Shown: positions 62,920-64,000 of the stretch, one piece after another
Numbering within the stretch: position 1 is the first letter of the stretch
Layout: every line of letters starts with the position of its first letter
Position numbers and translations under genes: made by a program
Assembly: GCA_050084515.1 (NCBI GenBank)
Contig: CM114271.1
Coordinates: 32,922,001 to 32,986,000 of the forward strand
Direction of reading: 5' to 3'
DNA: 64,000 nucleotides
Source: Blasia pusilla
Taxonomy: Eukaryota
Notes under the pieces: generated by a model
The model's database searches: none
Told to the model about the DNA's origin: nothing
What the model saw: the letters and a program-made list of their open reading frames with translations, nothing else

Positions 62920-64000
62920 AACCTCCCACTCTGCTTCAGATCCTAGTGTCCGTGAACATACCTCCGGACCCACGGACCATTTGAAATCGACTGCAAGTTC
63001 CAAGTTCAAGTTGAAGAAAGCGAATCCACTAAGCTCCTCTGCTTGCTCACTGCCATAAAGTTTGAATCATGTGCCAAACTAAACGTCGCCTATCTCCGTA
63101 CAAAGTGGCACCAAAAACCGAAATTCCGCGTGCAGCGCATCATTGTTCCCACATTTTCTTGTGACGTTTGATTCGTATGAAAATTTTCTCGTGCATCAGT
63201 TTCTCATTACATTCTTTCGAGAAAATTAATTTCTTTTCCGAAAATTTATGGTGATTTTACTTACCATGGGCAATTCTTCTCATTACATTCTTTCCAAAAA
63301 CTTATTTTCTTTCTCGAAAATTTATGGTGATTTTAGGTACCATTGGAAATTCTTCAAACTATGCAATTATTTGTGGGGGGGAGTGATGGGATTAATATTA
63401 CTTGTACACGAAAAATATTTTTCTTGTTGGCCGGTTGTTACATGTCAAATAAAGAGTTGTTTGTAAATTAAACAATCACTCTCCAATAATAATATAGATT
63501 TTACATTTGTGTTTATTAGTATTTGGTTATGAAATTGCCTTAATTACTTTGCGATGGCCCATGATTTTGTCTAACAGTTGAAAAGATAATCTACTTGGTA
63601 GATGATGGATTAATAAGGAATACACCCATTTGCTTTAAGTGAATCACTACCTAATTAGGTGGAACATGTGTCACCCAAGATGACACGTGTTGAAGTGATA
63701 GGTGTTTGTTATTGGATCATAATCTATGTTATAAATCTAATTTTAAACAAATCTATGTATGGATAGGAAAATTACATATTACACGAGTTTTCATAAAGAG
63801 AGGACATATTATAGAAGGTTTTTCTACCCAAAAGGAAAGAGAGACAAGCATAAGACTCTTGCTTCAATAGCTATCCGACGGTTTGAGTAGTGCCCTTGTG
63901 CATGCCCGTCTTCAAAGACTTCAACACAAGACACCTCCCCACGGGTCTCTCTTAACAACAAAACATCACTCCACACCACTCTACATAGAAGGACCTAAAC

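Overview
Eukaryotic genomic DNA from a plant, probably a non-seed land plant; the species cannot be determined from this window. Four host genes are supported: a 7-exon SAM-domain gene (+), an intronless L-type lectin receptor-like protein with no kinase (-), a 3-exon CASP-like gene (+) and a multi-exon LdpA-like 4Fe-4S gene (-). The rest is largely transposon-derived. The standout is a decayed ~12.6 kb Ty3/Gypsy-type retrotransposon (44295-56864, 4-bp TSD CTAC). Its polyprotein reads gag - protease - C5 cytosine DNA methyltransferase - RT - RNase H - integrase - PHD finger. Its termini are not two identical LTRs but a split direct repeat, A1-[internal]-B1-A2-B2, a layout known from tyrosine-recombinase (Ngaro-type) retroelements and here combined with a DDE integrase. 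Sister copies, solo A+B units and a nested insertion (four separate 4-bp TSD pairs) support this terminal structure. Also present: CRE-like and RTE-X-like LINE fragments, a Harbinger transposase pseudogene, probable Helitron ends, a 6 x 325 bp tandem array and two hairpins. All domain calls come from manual motif recognition, not database searches.
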